IMG/VR virus record: IMGVR_UViG_3300009026_000035
Span: 1 to 32,556 of that record
DNA length: 32,556 nt
From: a virus
Taxonomy: Duplodnaviria; Caudoviricetes
Strand: one strand, 5' to 3'
Below the pieces are notes generated by a model. The model was not told the DNA's origin and searched no databases. It saw only the letters and a list, made by a program, of their open reading frames with translations. The position numbers were made by a program, and so were the translations under genes. Shown piece after piece: positions 8,723-18,521 of the stretch; position 1 is the first letter of the stretch; every line of letters begins with the position of its first letter.

Positions 8723-10626
8723 TATGTAATGTCCACCATCTCACAGACGTCACCAGTACAGGCCATAGTCTGCATACCGCTGGTGTTGTCCTCTACTTCA
8801 TAGTTAGCCAACTTAGTCCAGTCGATACTGTCAGGAGAGGTCTCTACAACTTCGTAGTAGTGATCTTTGTCACACTCTTGGTAAGGTGCCTGTTGATATG
8901 TATGCTCATTAAAAGGTAAGAACGACACACCAGACATTTCATCAAAGTGCTTATACACAAAGGCTCCTACCTCTAGCCACTCGTCAGCCTTGACGTTAAT
9001 AGTTACACTAGGTTTATGCTCACACCAGTGACGTTGATACATTAGCCACATCTCTAACTGTTCTATAGCAGTCATATCAGCAGTATGAACAGCACCTATA
9101 GGAGAACGCATAGGGAAGCTAAACACTGTAGTAGCGTCAGGCTTCATTACGTCAGGCTCGTTAGGGACACCCTGATCAATCATGAACTGTGTCAAGGGGT
9201 CTTTGTTATCTCCACGCACAGTACGGATATAATAGGGAGAGTGACGAGCATGAATGCCAGAAGCTGAGTCAACCAGTTGGGAAACTGTTCCACTTGGCTT
9301 GTTGCAAGTAATAGCAGTGCTATGAGGGATACCAAGACGGTCAGCCCACTCAGCGTTAGTAGAAATAGCCACATCCCTTAAATGCTCCAATGTCTCTGAC
9401 AGGCCTTCATTAGCCAATGTCATTAGCTTGTTGTCCATTACCCCCGTGAGTGACACACCGAGCAACCTTTCGGATTCGGTATTCGTTCCCCACACCTTTC
9501 GCAGATATGGAAAGTGGGTGTAGGTGGACTGTATAGTCCCAAGTATAGTTGCAACACGGACTTTTCTTGCAAGGTCTTCGATACTGTCGTTAGCACGGAT
9601 GACAACTTCCGTAAGATTACAGAACTGATTCGGCCTAAGTATGATTTCTGAGCATGGATTTGTTCCGAACTCATAGCCAGACTCTCTACGGCCATTTTTT
9701 GCTGCTTGTCTAACTGACGCTTCTCTGTTGAATATTCCTCGTTCTCCACTACCACTCTCCATTAGTGCAGTCCACTCACGCATGAATGACATACTGTCTG
9801 GTTTCTCTGTATAAGCTACAGAATTATTAGCTAAGGCACGATGGGTTGCATTTTCCCACCAAGCCCCTGACTTAGCGTGACGCATACGATCATCTGATAG
9901 GTTGCTTAAAGAGATCATAGCAGAGCGTCTAACGCCCCCTACAACGACAACTTCACCGATCTTACACATCAGGTCATGACACTCAAGGCTGGACAGTCTA
10001 CGCCCCTGTGCGGCTTTGAATGTAGTAACAGCAAAGTTAAACAAATCAACCAAAGGAGCAGGACCACTAGCACGACCACCAAACGTCTTGAGTTTAGCAC
10101 CAGCAGGTCTAACTTTAGACACATCCCACTTAGGAACCTCACCAGCCCATAGGAGTGCCAACACTTGTCTCAAACCCTTAGCCCATCCTTCCTTGCTGTC
10201 CTTGATGACGACAGTCGTTTCACTATCGAAAAGAGGCGGAACATCAGGGAGTTTAGTGATGAACTGACGCTCAACACTGAAACCAACCCCCGTCCCGCAA
10301 AGGAGGATGAACATCGCCTCGTCGAAAGACTTAGGGTCATCTACGGGTAAGTAGCTACAGTTATACATACAGGTGTTGTCCCTGTTTGCAGCAACACCAG
10401 CAGTCATAAGTGACCTCATACTAGGCATGACAGAAAGGCTAAGAATAGCTGCCTCAATCTCACTCATAACATCGGGGTCACTAGACAGGTGGGGAGACAA
10501 GATATTAGACACATAACGGTTAACAGTCTCCCCCCATGTTTCACGACGACCTAAACCCTCAAGCCAACGAGCGTAACGGCTAGTGGCGATAAAAGTTTGG
10601 TAGTCTGTTGGCAAATAATTGTTCAT
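8722..10626 (-). CDS. nrdJ: Class II adenosylcobalamin-dependent ribonucleotide reductase (monomeric RTPR-like)
   Basis: PSMR, YNC, GTGVGFS, GGVRRSA, TNPCSEI, CNLTE, KPSGT motifs and a C-terminal C.G..C; no beta subunit gene. Confidence 0.92.
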   Translation of the reverse strand: MNNYLPTDYQTFIATSRYARWLEGLGRRETWGETVNRYVSNILSPHLSSDPDVMSEIEAAILSLSVMPSMRSLMTAGVAANRDNTCMYNCSYLPVDDPKSFDEAMFILLCGTGVGFSVERQFITKLPDVPPLFDSETTVVIKDSKEGWAKGLRQVLALLWAGEVPKWDVSKVRPAGAKLKTFGGRASGPAPLVDLFNFAVTTFKAAQGRRLSSLECHDLMCKIGEVVVVGGVRRSAMISLSNLSDDRMRHAKSGAWWENATHRALANNSVAYTEKPDSMSFMREWTALMESGSGERGIFNREASVRQAAKNGRRESGYEFGTNPCSEIILRPNQFCNLTEVVIRANDSIEDLARKVRVATILGTIQSTYTHFPYLRKVWGTNTESERLLGVSLTGVMDNKLMTLANEGLSETLEHLRDVAISTNAEWADRLGIPHSTAITCNKPSGTVSQLVDSASGIHARHSPYYIRTVRGDNKDPLTQFMIDQGVPNEPDVMKPDATTVFSFPMRSPIGAVHTADMTAIEQLEMWLMYQRHWCEHKPSVTINVKADEWLEVGAFVYKHFDEMSGVSFLPFNEHTYQQAPYQECDKDHYYEVVETSPDSIDWTKLANYEVEDNTSGMQTMACTGDVCEMVDIT

Positions 10627-11057
10627 ACTAAATCCTTCAAGTTGGGTCTTTTATAGTTAGGGCCTTTCATGACCTTACCGTTGTTGTCTTTAATTGGCTT
10701 ACCATCGTCCCCTAGCTTAGACATATTAGACTCATGTACTCGTCTAAAGGCTTCGTCTAAGTCCCATCCGAATGTAACAGCATAACCATAGATTACATAC
10801 AGTAGATCAGCCAACTCCTTGAGCCTATTGTGTGGCTCTGTCTCGTCTACAACCTCGTAGAACTCTTCTCGCATTAGGGCAAACCTAAAGTCTTCTAAGT
10901 CAGAACCTAGCTTATACTCCCTGTCCATAGGCTGTCCCATGTGGTCTACGAACTGTGTAACCATCTCTTGTGGTGTTGCATCTGGGAATATGTGAAAATC
11001 GTTAAAGTCATCCTTTGCCATATCTAAGAAGGCATCTATGTCATCTTGCGTAATCAT
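10623..11057 (-). CDS. MazG-like NTP pyrophosphohydrolase (PRA-PH/dUTPase-like)
   Basis: EE..E, KELADLLYV.YG, VHESNMSK, GKVMKGPNY motifs. Confidence 0.85.
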   Translation of the reverse strand: MITQDDIDAFLDMAKDDFNDFHIFPDATPQEMVTQFVDHMGQPMDREYKLGSDLEDFRFALMREEFYEVVDETEPHNRLKELADLLYVIYGYAVTFGWDLDEAFRRVHESNMSKLGDDGKPIKDNNGKVMKGPNYKRPNLKDLV

Positions 11058-11058
11058 C

Positions 11059-11223
11059 TTAGTAATCTCCGTCTTCTAAGTATTCATCTAGGTCTATTAA
11101 ACCCGTATGGTGCAAGTGAAGGGCTACTTCATCCTCAGTCAAACCTGCGTCTAACATTAGTTGAAGTAGCCCAAAGTTTTCCACAACACCAAGCAACTCA
11201 TGGTCATCATGGTATACAGACAT
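11059..11223 (-). CDS. Acidic hypothetical protein, 54 aa (not in ORF track)
   Basis: MSVYHDDHELLGVVENFGLLQLMLDAGLTEDEVALHLHHTGLIDLDEYLEDGDY; fills the gap, TAATG coupling. Confidence 0.65.
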   Translation of the reverse strand: MSVYHDDHELLGVVENFGLLQLMLDAGLTEDEVALHLHHTGLIDLDEYLEDGDY

Positions 11224-11402
11224 TAGGTTTCAAGTTGCACTGTGTAAGGCTTATCGGACAACTTAAAGTGATCTACTATCTGGTCGATACGATACCCCAA
11301 AGATGCCCAAGTAATAGGTTCCCCACCTGCTTCTACTACAAGGCTCTTAACACCTTTCTGTGTGGTTACTGGCCCTGATAAAATTCTGTCTATTGTGATC
11401 AT
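11223..11402 (-). CDS. Hypothetical protein
   Basis: ATGA overlap with the resolvase stop favours the MITIDR start. Confidence 0.55.
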   Translation of the reverse strand: MITIDRILSGPVTTQKGVKSLVVEAGGEPITWASLGYRIDQIVDHFKLSDKPYTVQLET

Positions 11403-11746
11403 TTCTTCCATCCTTTGATTAAGTCTATATAGTGATCCAGTTTAGTTATTACTAGCCACTCTTGTCGGTCTGCTCTAAAGAAAACTACTGGCTCATACTC
11501 ACCACCCTGTTTGGCTTGGTCGACAAAGTCATAGATAGTCTTCAAGTTCTTCCTGCGCTTTACTTCAGCAGAGATAGGGATAAGCTCTCTTGCCCTTGGG
11601 CTCAACTGTATGTCCTCTCCTTGTTGGCCCATAGCCGTTGACCTAACATCGTCAGGTTCTAGTTCTGGAAAGGCTTTCAGTATCTTGTCCCTTATCTCCT
11701 GTTGACCTAAGCGGCCTTTGGCTTTCGATGATGCGGCGGTTCCCAT
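11399..11746 (-). CDS. Holliday junction resolvase-like nuclease (Hjc-type PD-(D/E)XK)
   Basis: SKAKGR..Q, MG..GEDI, EVK motifs; GGAG RBS before MGTAAS. Confidence 0.75.
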   Translation of the reverse strand: MGTAASSKAKGRLGQQEIRDKILKAFPELEPDDVRSTAMGQQGEDIQLSPRARELIPISAEVKRRKNLKTIYDFVDQAKQGGEYEPVVFFRADRQEWLVITKLDHYIDLIKGWKK

Positions 11747-12447
11747 ATCTCCCCTTCCGTCCGTCTGAGCCATAGTAGTCGGGCATTCTCTAATACCCTT
11801 TCTTCGTCACCATCGTACTTGTGTACTACGGTTTGATACAACTCCTTCTCGTTATTACAGTGAACTAGCATGTCCTCTGCTTTTACAGGGCCAACTCTGT
11901 GAAGCCCTTTGATGTTGTCTGCTGCATCACCCATAAGTATTTGCTTATAGAACCAATGTAACCCATCAAAGTGATCCATCAGGGTAAAGGTCTTCTTATT
12001 AAGGTTATAGTGAAGGCCCTTGATCTGTAGCATATCTTTATCAATAGTAGCTACACAGGCTTTGTACCCTGTCTTAGCAGCATCAATAGCTATTAGATCA
12101 TCAGCTTCTTCACCCTCTGAGGTTATGGCACCCCACTCGTCAGTCAGATACTTACGCACTGACTGTAAGTAGTTAGGTTTGGGCTTGTCACTTCTGTTTC
12201 CTTTGTAGACCGCAGTCTTAGCAATATCGAAACGAAAGTTACCCTTACCTGTGAGATAAACAGAGTAGTCGCCAGTTTCATTATAGAATGAACACTCTGC
12301 AAGAATCTCCTTCATAAAAGCGTTAGCGTACTCTAGCGCTTCTATTTCAGTACACTCACGCTTTACACCATCTACCTCTACTTTGTGGGCGGCGGAACGG
12401 TATGCCACTATATCGCCATCCACGATAGTCTTTAGAACTGGGACCAT
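11707..12447 (-). CDS. 5'-3' exonuclease (T7 gp6-like)
   Basis: DGDIVAYR, NFR....YKGNR, EADD, DKD, GD.ADNI.G...GP..A motifs. Confidence 0.9.
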   Translation of the reverse strand: MVPVLKTIVDGDIVAYRSAAHKVEVDGVKRECTEIEALEYANAFMKEILAECSFYNETGDYSVYLTGKGNFRFDIAKTAVYKGNRSDKPKPNYLQSVRKYLTDEWGAITSEGEEADDLIAIDAAKTGYKACVATIDKDMLQIKGLHYNLNKKTFTLMDHFDGLHWFYKQILMGDAADNIKGLHRVGPVKAEDMLVHCNNEKELYQTVVHKYDGDEERVLENARLLWLRRTEGEIWEPPHHRKPKAA

Positions 12448-12626
12448 GTTTCTTCTCCGTTCATAACCTTGGACCCTATAGCTAAGTCCCCGAACCCTGC
12501 AACCCTAGCCACGTTTTGACAATGATCTAGGAAGTCCTCGATTGTCTCTACATTAGAGGATGAATAGGAAGCCTCACGTTTATCGTCAGGCCCCCATGCT
12601 TCTTGGCTAAGAGTGATAAGCTTCAC
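12432..12626 (-). CDS. Hypothetical protein
   Basis: Fills the gap in the operon and abuts the SSB stop. Confidence 0.55.
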   Translation of the reverse strand: MKLITLSQEAWGPDDKREASYSSSNVETIEDFLDHCQNVARVAGFGDLAIGSKVMNGEETWSQF

Positions 12627-13127
12627 TTAGAAGCCATCCTCTGTTACAGTGGACTGGTACTCCACCAAGTTAATCACACCGACCTTATCAATGCGGTGTC
12701 CTGTACGATCACCTTCACCATAGACAGTGACCTTAACTTGTACCTTAGTACCGTTGCCTAGCTCCCCGTCAGAGAAAGACCAGTTAGAGCCCTTAGTCAA
12801 TTCGTCACCAGACCAGTTAACCACCTGCGGTGCACCCCCCAGTGTCTCTGCGATAGGGTTTACATTGTCACGCTTGAGACGGATGTATTGACCAATACCA
12901 TAGCCATCACCTGACCGTGGATCTTTAAGACGTTGGTGGCCCCGAAACTCTTTTGCCACACCAGCATCCCAGTACATTTGCAGATCATCTTCTGTCTCTG
13001 GGTAGAAGTTCATATTAAACTGACCTGTCGGGTGATAGTCAGGGTTGCTATCCATGTTCTCCTTGAAGACCCTTGCATACTCTACGAAGCCCTTCATCAC
13101 GATAACTCTTGCTTTTGCCTTACTCAT
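12627..13127 (-). CDS. Single-stranded DNA-binding protein (T7 gp2.5-like)
   Basis: GNGT...V, V.V..LVEY motifs, acidic tail ending in Phe (EDGF); lies between polymerase and exonuclease. Confidence 0.7.
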   Translation of the reverse strand: MSKAKARVIVMKGFVEYARVFKENMDSNPDYHPTGQFNMNFYPETEDDLQMYWDAGVAKEFRGHQRLKDPRSGDGYGIGQYIRLKRDNVNPIAETLGGAPQVVNWSGDELTKGSNWSFSDGELGNGTKVQVKVTVYGEGDRTGHRIDKVGVINLVEYQSTVTEDGF

Positions 13128-13155
13128 TTTACATTCCTTTATATGAGGTTTAGTG

Positions 13156-13183
13156 TATATAGGATCGAAAGCTCACCTTTCAA
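13156..13183 (-). promoter_or_regulatory. Putative promoter TTGAAA-N16-TATATA upstream of SSB
   Basis: Minus strand reads GGGGTTGAAAGGTGAGCTTTCGATCCTATATA in a short intergenic gap. Confidence 0.55.
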
Positions 13184-13189
13184 CCCCCT

Positions 13190-15046
13190 TTAGTGAATTT
13201 CTGCATAATTTTTACCAAAAGAATAGTCGATACCTAGTGGTATGTTTAGGTTTACATCCTGATTGGCATATTTCATACAGTCTTTAAGGTCTTTAGCCAG
13301 TTCATCCCCCCTTGCTTGTGGTATTTCTGCAATTATCTCGTCATGGAACTGACCTAGTATGTTGACCCCATGACCCCTGACGTAACTAACCCAAGTGTCA
13401 AAACAGTAAACACCTGTACTTTGGTTTAGTGTGCTGAACCTGTCCTTATCACTACGCAACACATGCCAGAACTTTGACACAGGGTTTTGTATCCAAGACT
13501 TGCCAAACAACTCCCTAACCTTAGCTTGGTTAGCCACCTTCTGTACGGCCCAGTTACGGGCCCAAAAAGCTTCTAGTAGGGTAGCTGCTGCTGATTGCGT
13601 AAGACCTGTCTCACGGGCCAGCTTAGGGGCTCCTACGCCATATGTAGCACTGTAGTTAACCACCTTGTAGTTCTTACGCAACGCCTTGAGGCTAACTTCA
13701 CCAGAGTTGTGCTTGTCAATATCCTCTTGTGTTACAGCACCAGCAAACTTAGCAAGGTCAAGGTGAGGGTCAAACCCATCCTTAGACATTTCGTTAACGT
13801 AGTCAGGGTCAAGTGGCTTCATGTAGTGACGCTTAGTAGTATCCTCTAGGCTTACCATATCAGCACCACACAAAGTCATACCTTCCCTTGCAATCAAGCA
13901 GCTACGAATATCCTCACCGTAAGGCTTGTCCACTGAGGGCAAGTTGACCAGAGGACGTGAGTGCTTGAACCTAAACGTATTGGTCAGGCCACTGATGGTA
14001 GCCTTTAAGAACCCGTCTTTCTCGCAGGAGATAAACGACTTGATGATACCAATACGATGCGACAACACAGTAAGACCATCTAGTAGGGCTACACCTTCGT
14101 TGACGTCTATAAGACGTTTAACACTAGCACACAGTTCACCATCCTTGCGGATTTGTGGTATCTTCCTTTCTACCATGTTGACACCATCACCTTCCTTAAC
14201 GAAGTTAAACGTACAAGGCTCCCAACCCATAGAGAACAACCAATCCTTCACCTGATCTGGCGAGTTAGGGTTAGCTGGGTCAGTCTTCTGTAGCACCCGT
14301 AGGCTCTCTGTAGTCAACGGGTACTTAGCTTCGGCCAAAAGCTCAAACCATTTAGTAGCACGGGCAGATGGCAGACCGTTCTTAAGGGTCATTCTATCCA
14401 GTGCTGGCTTGTGCTTCATAACCCAGTGCTGCTTCTCTGGCATAACTTGGATCAACTGGTTGACCTTAACTGCCTTAGCTGCTTCCCATTCAACTAACAG
14501 GGCGTTAGCTTTAACTGTATCAAGACGCCAACCATTGTCAGCTTGCTCTCTAGCAGTACTCATTTTGGTTGTCAGATAGTCTAAGAACCTAAACTTATCG
14601 GATGAAATCGGATATAATCGGTCAAGCTTCTGCTCTTGTATCGACCACAGACGGAAGTTGATCTTAACATCTTCCTGACAACGGTGAGCATAATCGTCCC
14701 TGTATAGGTCGTTCCAGTTCTCTATTACAGGCTTAGGCACACCGAAGTCCTCTCCATAAGATGCAAGACCATGACTGGCCCTCTCTGGCGAGAGATACCA
14801 ACTTACACTTAAGGTGTCGATCAACTTAGCTTTAATAGTAATACCTAAGACCTTTTCGATTGCAGGAACATCAAATCCAACAATGAAGTGACCGATCAGA
14901 GTGTCTTGGCTCAAGAAAAACTTACGCATTTCATCATAGTCAAAGATAGACACAGGGTCTCTCATGTCAAGTGTCTTGTAGCTTACAACGTGTATCTTGG
15001 TTAGCTTGTCCAAGAACCCATCAGTTTCAATGTCAAATATAGTCAT
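13190..15046 (-). CDS. polA: DNA polymerase, family A, with 3'-5' exonuclease domain
   Basis: FDIETDG (ExoI), motif A GADMVSLED, motif B RKNYKVVNYSATYG, motif C FHDE. Confidence 0.95.
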   Translation of the reverse strand: MTIFDIETDGFLDKLTKIHVVSYKTLDMRDPVSIFDYDEMRKFFLSQDTLIGHFIVGFDVPAIEKVLGITIKAKLIDTLSVSWYLSPERASHGLASYGEDFGVPKPVIENWNDLYRDDYAHRCQEDVKINFRLWSIQEQKLDRLYPISSDKFRFLDYLTTKMSTAREQADNGWRLDTVKANALLVEWEAAKAVKVNQLIQVMPEKQHWVMKHKPALDRMTLKNGLPSARATKWFELLAEAKYPLTTESLRVLQKTDPANPNSPDQVKDWLFSMGWEPCTFNFVKEGDGVNMVERKIPQIRKDGELCASVKRLIDVNEGVALLDGLTVLSHRIGIIKSFISCEKDGFLKATISGLTNTFRFKHSRPLVNLPSVDKPYGEDIRSCLIAREGMTLCGADMVSLEDTTKRHYMKPLDPDYVNEMSKDGFDPHLDLAKFAGAVTQEDIDKHNSGEVSLKALRKNYKVVNYSATYGVGAPKLARETGLTQSAAATLLEAFWARNWAVQKVANQAKVRELFGKSWIQNPVSKFWHVLRSDKDRFSTLNQSTGVYCFDTWVSYVRGHGVNILGQFHDEIIAEIPQARGDELAKDLKDCMKYANQDVNLNIPLGIDYSFGKNYAEIH

Positions 15047-15450
15047 ACTTTTTTCCTCTTATTACCTCTGCCAGCATAAACCTTACTACCCATACGCCAC
15101 TGAGCTACATTTAAGTAGTCTAAGAACATGGGGTCTAGGCCTTTTTTTAAGACAGCCTCATAACTATCCCCTGCATGACCTATCGTCATATTACAACTCT
15201 GACAGATAAACCCCCTAAACATTGAGGTCTTGTGGTCATGGTCAACCTGTAGTGGCTCACTTGTACTCCCACAACACTCACACCGATCAGGCTTTAAACT
15301 GGCAAAACCTTTTTTTAACAGGCGTACTAACCCAGTCTTAGCTATATGACAACTTTTACAACTTAAGTGAAGATTATCTGCTGCTTTCGGGTCAGCATAG
15401 TACTCACTCAGAGGCTTACTCTCTCCGCATTTATTACAAGTCTTGTTCAT
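15043..15450 (-). CDS. Endonuclease VII-like HNH nuclease with N-terminal Zn ribbon
   Basis: C..C.E.K.L..Y / C..C N-terminus; C..C, DHDH.T..FRG.IC..CN..IG. Confidence 0.85.
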   Translation of the reverse strand: MNKTCNKCGESKPLSEYYADPKAADNLHLSCKSCHIAKTGLVRLLKKGFASLKPDRCECCGSTSEPLQVDHDHKTSMFRGFICQSCNMTIGHAGDSYEAVLKKGLDPMFLDYLNVAQWRMGSKVYAGRGNKRKKV

Positions 15451-15683
15451 ATCAACCTCCTATGTATTGTCTGCACTAACTCTATAGCTTGGCAGTACTC
15501 TTCTACTGTAATATCTATCCATTCACCACTTGTGTCACCGTAGGCGCCGAGCAATGTCCAAGCAGCGGGGTCATGCTTATCGTCACACCCAAGCCTAACA
15601 ATAATGTCCTGTGGCCCTTTCTCCTTTGGGACTATTACTGTGTAAACCTCGTTAAAGTTGTAGTACTCTTCTGTATCATCCAT
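15447..15683 (-). CDS. Hypothetical protein
   Basis: The likely start MDDTEE overlaps the helicase stop; the longer ORF-track start overlaps the helicase. Confidence 0.55.
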   Translation of the reverse strand: MDDTEEYYNFNEVYTVIVPKEKGPQDIIVRLGCDDKHDPAAWTLLGAYGDTSGEWIDITVEEYCQAIELVQTIHRRLI

Positions 15684-17259
15684 AGTCCAACTCCTGTAAT
15701 GTAAACGTATCCATGTTAAACCGAAGAGAACCAGCGTAACCCTCTTCACTACATGGGCGGTTTTTCTCGACCTTCAAGGTCGTTGTGTTTCTTTCCTGAT
15801 CGTCCTCTGCTTCTTTGTCACGACTCAAGTCTATAATAACCGAAGCCCTTTGTCCAATCATTTTACAATACTTAGGATCACCGTCATCATTAGTGTGTGC
15901 GATAGTGATGATACCCACATTAAGCTCTGCGGCTAACTTAGACAACCTTACAGACAAGTCCGACAGCAACTCTTCCTTAGAACTCTCTGACCTGCCCGAC
16001 ACTACATCTTGGATGGGCTCAAAGAATACATACCGAACATCACAAGCCTCACGAAAGTATCTGATCTGTTCACACAACTCCTCAGTACCTTGACCATCAC
16101 CTAAGAAGAACTGGTAGATACACTCGTTCTTAGCTATCTTCTTAATAGCGGCTTCTACTTGCTCAGTGGCACCCTGCGTGTCGATCAGGTCTCTTCGGGT
16201 CACATTCATACCCAAAGAGTAACTAACAAGCCCTAAGAGGCTCCTAAGCTTTGTCTCCTCTAGGTGCCAACTAGCGAATGGTACGTTCTTTTGTATCAGA
16301 TTGTACTCTAAGAACCGCATTACTTCTGTCTTACCGATACCAGTGGGTGCTTTAATGACGGTAAAGTGACCCTGCATGAGTCCCATGATTTTGTCGTCAA
16401 GGGATTGTATACCTGTAGGCACAAACTGATGGTCGGGAGTTTCTCTAAACAGCTTAAGGAACTGATCAGCAGTGTTAAGAACATTGTCAGGAACATACTT
16501 CTTAGCGTTCCACCAAGCAGACTTAAACTCCTGTCCAGCCCCTGCTTGTAGAAACTCGTTAGCATCTTTGTACTTGTCATGTGACACCCTGTAAGTCTTG
16601 TTGGGGAACAGCTTTGATATTTTAGTGGCAATAGCATTACCAGCTTCATCCCCGTCAACACTAATGATGATCTTTTCAAAACTATTGATCCATTCACTAC
16701 AGTTCTCCCACAGCTTCTTAGAGGGGGTAGCAGAGGGCAACGACACCACAGGGTTAGTGTAGGTGCCAGACTTAAGCATCTGCGACACAGAGAGGGCGTC
16801 TAGCTCTCCCTCAGTTATGGTCAACATCTTAGATGATCCAGCGGTGAAGAGGTTCATACCGAACAACTCGTCCCCCTTGAACCCGTTCTTAGCCCAAAAC
16901 CCTTTCTCTGTCAGATTACGAACCTTAACGCCACCACTAGGGTACTTGTACTCTTGTGTGGTATCAAAGGTCATAACACCATAGTCTTCCATAGTAGAGG
17001 CTTTAATGCCCCTCATGTCAACATACTTGCCATCACCCGTAGTGGGTATGGTCTTTGTGGTCGGGATGTATTCGCTCATGTTTCCTCTTTCCTTCTTCGG
17101 GTACTTGTCTTCTGCCCAGTCAAATGTTTCGTGTGACCTGTTGGCAGGGTAGCCCTGTCCGCAACTATGACAATAGCCAGTGCCTTCTGTATTGTAGGCA
17201 AAGGCGTCAGACGAGCCACAGGCTACAAAAGGACAGGGTTGGTGTGATATTTCAGTCAT
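15676..17259 (-). CDS. Primase-helicase (T7 gp4/Twinkle-like)
   Basis: Zn-binding CP...CGSSDA...C..C, TOPRIM TEGELDA and D.D..G, Walker A APTGIGKT, KNR motif. Confidence 0.93.
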   Translation of the reverse strand: MTEISHQPCPFVACGSSDAFAYNTEGTGYCHSCGQGYPANRSHETFDWAEDKYPKKERGNMSEYIPTTKTIPTTGDGKYVDMRGIKASTMEDYGVMTFDTTQEYKYPSGGVKVRNLTEKGFWAKNGFKGDELFGMNLFTAGSSKMLTITEGELDALSVSQMLKSGTYTNPVVSLPSATPSKKLWENCSEWINSFEKIIISVDGDEAGNAIATKISKLFPNKTYRVSHDKYKDANEFLQAGAGQEFKSAWWNAKKYVPDNVLNTADQFLKLFRETPDHQFVPTGIQSLDDKIMGLMQGHFTVIKAPTGIGKTEVMRFLEYNLIQKNVPFASWHLEETKLRSLLGLVSYSLGMNVTRRDLIDTQGATEQVEAAIKKIAKNECIYQFFLGDGQGTEELCEQIRYFREACDVRYVFFEPIQDVVSGRSESSKEELLSDLSVRLSKLAAELNVGIITIAHTNDDGDPKYCKMIGQRASVIIDLSRDKEAEDDQERNTTTLKVEKNRPCSEEGYAGSLRFNMDTFTLQELDYG

Positions 17260-17357
17260 CGTGTTCTCCTATGACGCTCAGGTCATAAACCGCTAGTATG
17301 GTCTACATATCATATGGCAACAAAGATACAAGGGTAAACTTTATTTTTATTTACCTC

Positions 17358-17470
17358 TTGACAACAAACCAAAGTGACCCATCTAACTTAAGGGCCCTTT
17401 AGTTAAACATAAGTTTTTAACTATTAGTATTAAACATAATAGTAATAACTTATGTTAAACTTATGTTAGT
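17358..17470. promoter_or_regulatory. TTGACA element followed by an AT-rich inverted repeat
   Basis: TTGACA at 17358; GTTAAACATAAG (17402-17413) and a near-inverted CTTATGTTAAAC (17449-17460). Confidence 0.5.
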
Positions 17471-17577
17471 CACTAGCGGGTAGCTTTCTGCTTTCCATAA
17501 CAATTTTACCATCCTGTTCAAACACACAATACATATAGTTGTTGTGGATTATGTATAACGTGTGTGGGTCTATCCAT

Positions 17578-17775
17578 TCAACCTTCATTACGCACCAGCT
17601 CCTTGTGGTTGTCGTTAAGACTTATTATGTAGTCTAGTGACCAATCTTTAAAGTCCTCGTTTGCATTAACTTCCCTCACCTTGTTTTGAACTATTAGCAT
17701 TATCCTAGCAGCAAACTTATCATGAACGTCCATTTCTACTTTTTCTAAGTAGTACATAATTTCACTAAAAGTCAT
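17578..17775 (-). CDS. Hypothetical protein
   Basis: ATGA overlap with the thyX stop. Confidence 0.6.
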   Translation of the reverse strand: MTFSEIMYYLEKVEMDVHDKFAARIMLIVQNKVREVNANEDFKDWSLDYIISLNDNHKELVRNEG

Positions 17776-18521
17776 CTTACTAAAGCCTCTACTGATACTG
17801 GAAATAGGTTGATCATCTCACTTTGTATGTATTCTGCAACTAACCTAGTCTCGTACTGAGTGTCCAGCTTACATCTTAGATTGCACATATCCATGAAAGC
17901 ATCTAGTGAACCTGACCAATACCATTCTGTCATTGTAGACTGAGGTAACACCATACGTGCTTGCTCTGGGCATACTCCTGCTTTTATAAAGTCCCAGTAC
18001 AGTGATATGCAAGACTCGTCCATTACAGAATCATAACCGTCAGCTATGTCCATAGTTTGCTTGAGGTGGTTAGGTGTGTATCTATCCCCCCCTTGAACAA
18101 GAAACTCTGTAATAACTTTGTCAGAAGAGCCCTGTTTTTTATCCTCAGCTTTACCACGCCATACTTTAGGGGTATAGAACTCAGGCTTATCATCTACATA
18201 CCTACGGCTAATCTCATTCCAACGTAAGAACTTATGCTTGACCAACTGCCTAGCTACAAAGATAGGAGCCTTGACATGGAAAGACGCAAAAGCATGACCA
18301 AAGGGGCTATAGTGACCGTGCTTGGCTAGGTACTTGATTAACTTTTCGTCGGCTTTCTTAAGCTTTGGGTAGTGTACCCTAGTGGTTTCACTAGTTTCAT
18401 TGTCCCATATGTCAGCATAATCTTTGTTGTTCCACTCACTCTTCTTACCAAAGCTTACCCTAGCTGCATTAACAACACTCAGGTCACTACCCATGTGGTC
18501 TATGTATGTTACTTTAATCAT
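17772..18521 (-). CDS. thyX: Flavin-dependent thymidylate synthase
   Basis: VNAARVSF, H.SPF, APIFVARQLVKH..WNEISRRY, PEQARMVLPQ, R....TQ.E motifs. Confidence 0.95.
   Translation of the reverse strand: MIKVTYIDHMGSDLSVVNAARVSFGKKSEWNNKDYADIWDNETSETTRVHYPKLKKADEKLIKYLAKHGHYSPFGHAFASFHVKAPIFVARQLVKHKFLRWNEISRRYVDDKPEFYTPKVWRGKAEDKKQGSSDKVITEFLVQGGDRYTPNHLKQTMDIADGYDSVMDESCISLYWDFIKAGVCPEQARMVLPQSTMTEWYWSGSLDAFMDMCNLRCKLDTQYETRLVAEYIQSEMINLFPVSVEALVR

Noticed and set aside
15043-15450. Intron or intein associated with the HNH/endonuclease VII gene
   Set aside because: The gene is free-standing, and polA, RNR, helicase and terL look uninterrupted and of normal length.
17403-17433. CtrA boxes (TTAA-N7-TTAA), also checked at 24941-24965
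   Set aside because: The TTAA spacings seen are 9-10 or 4 bp, not 7.
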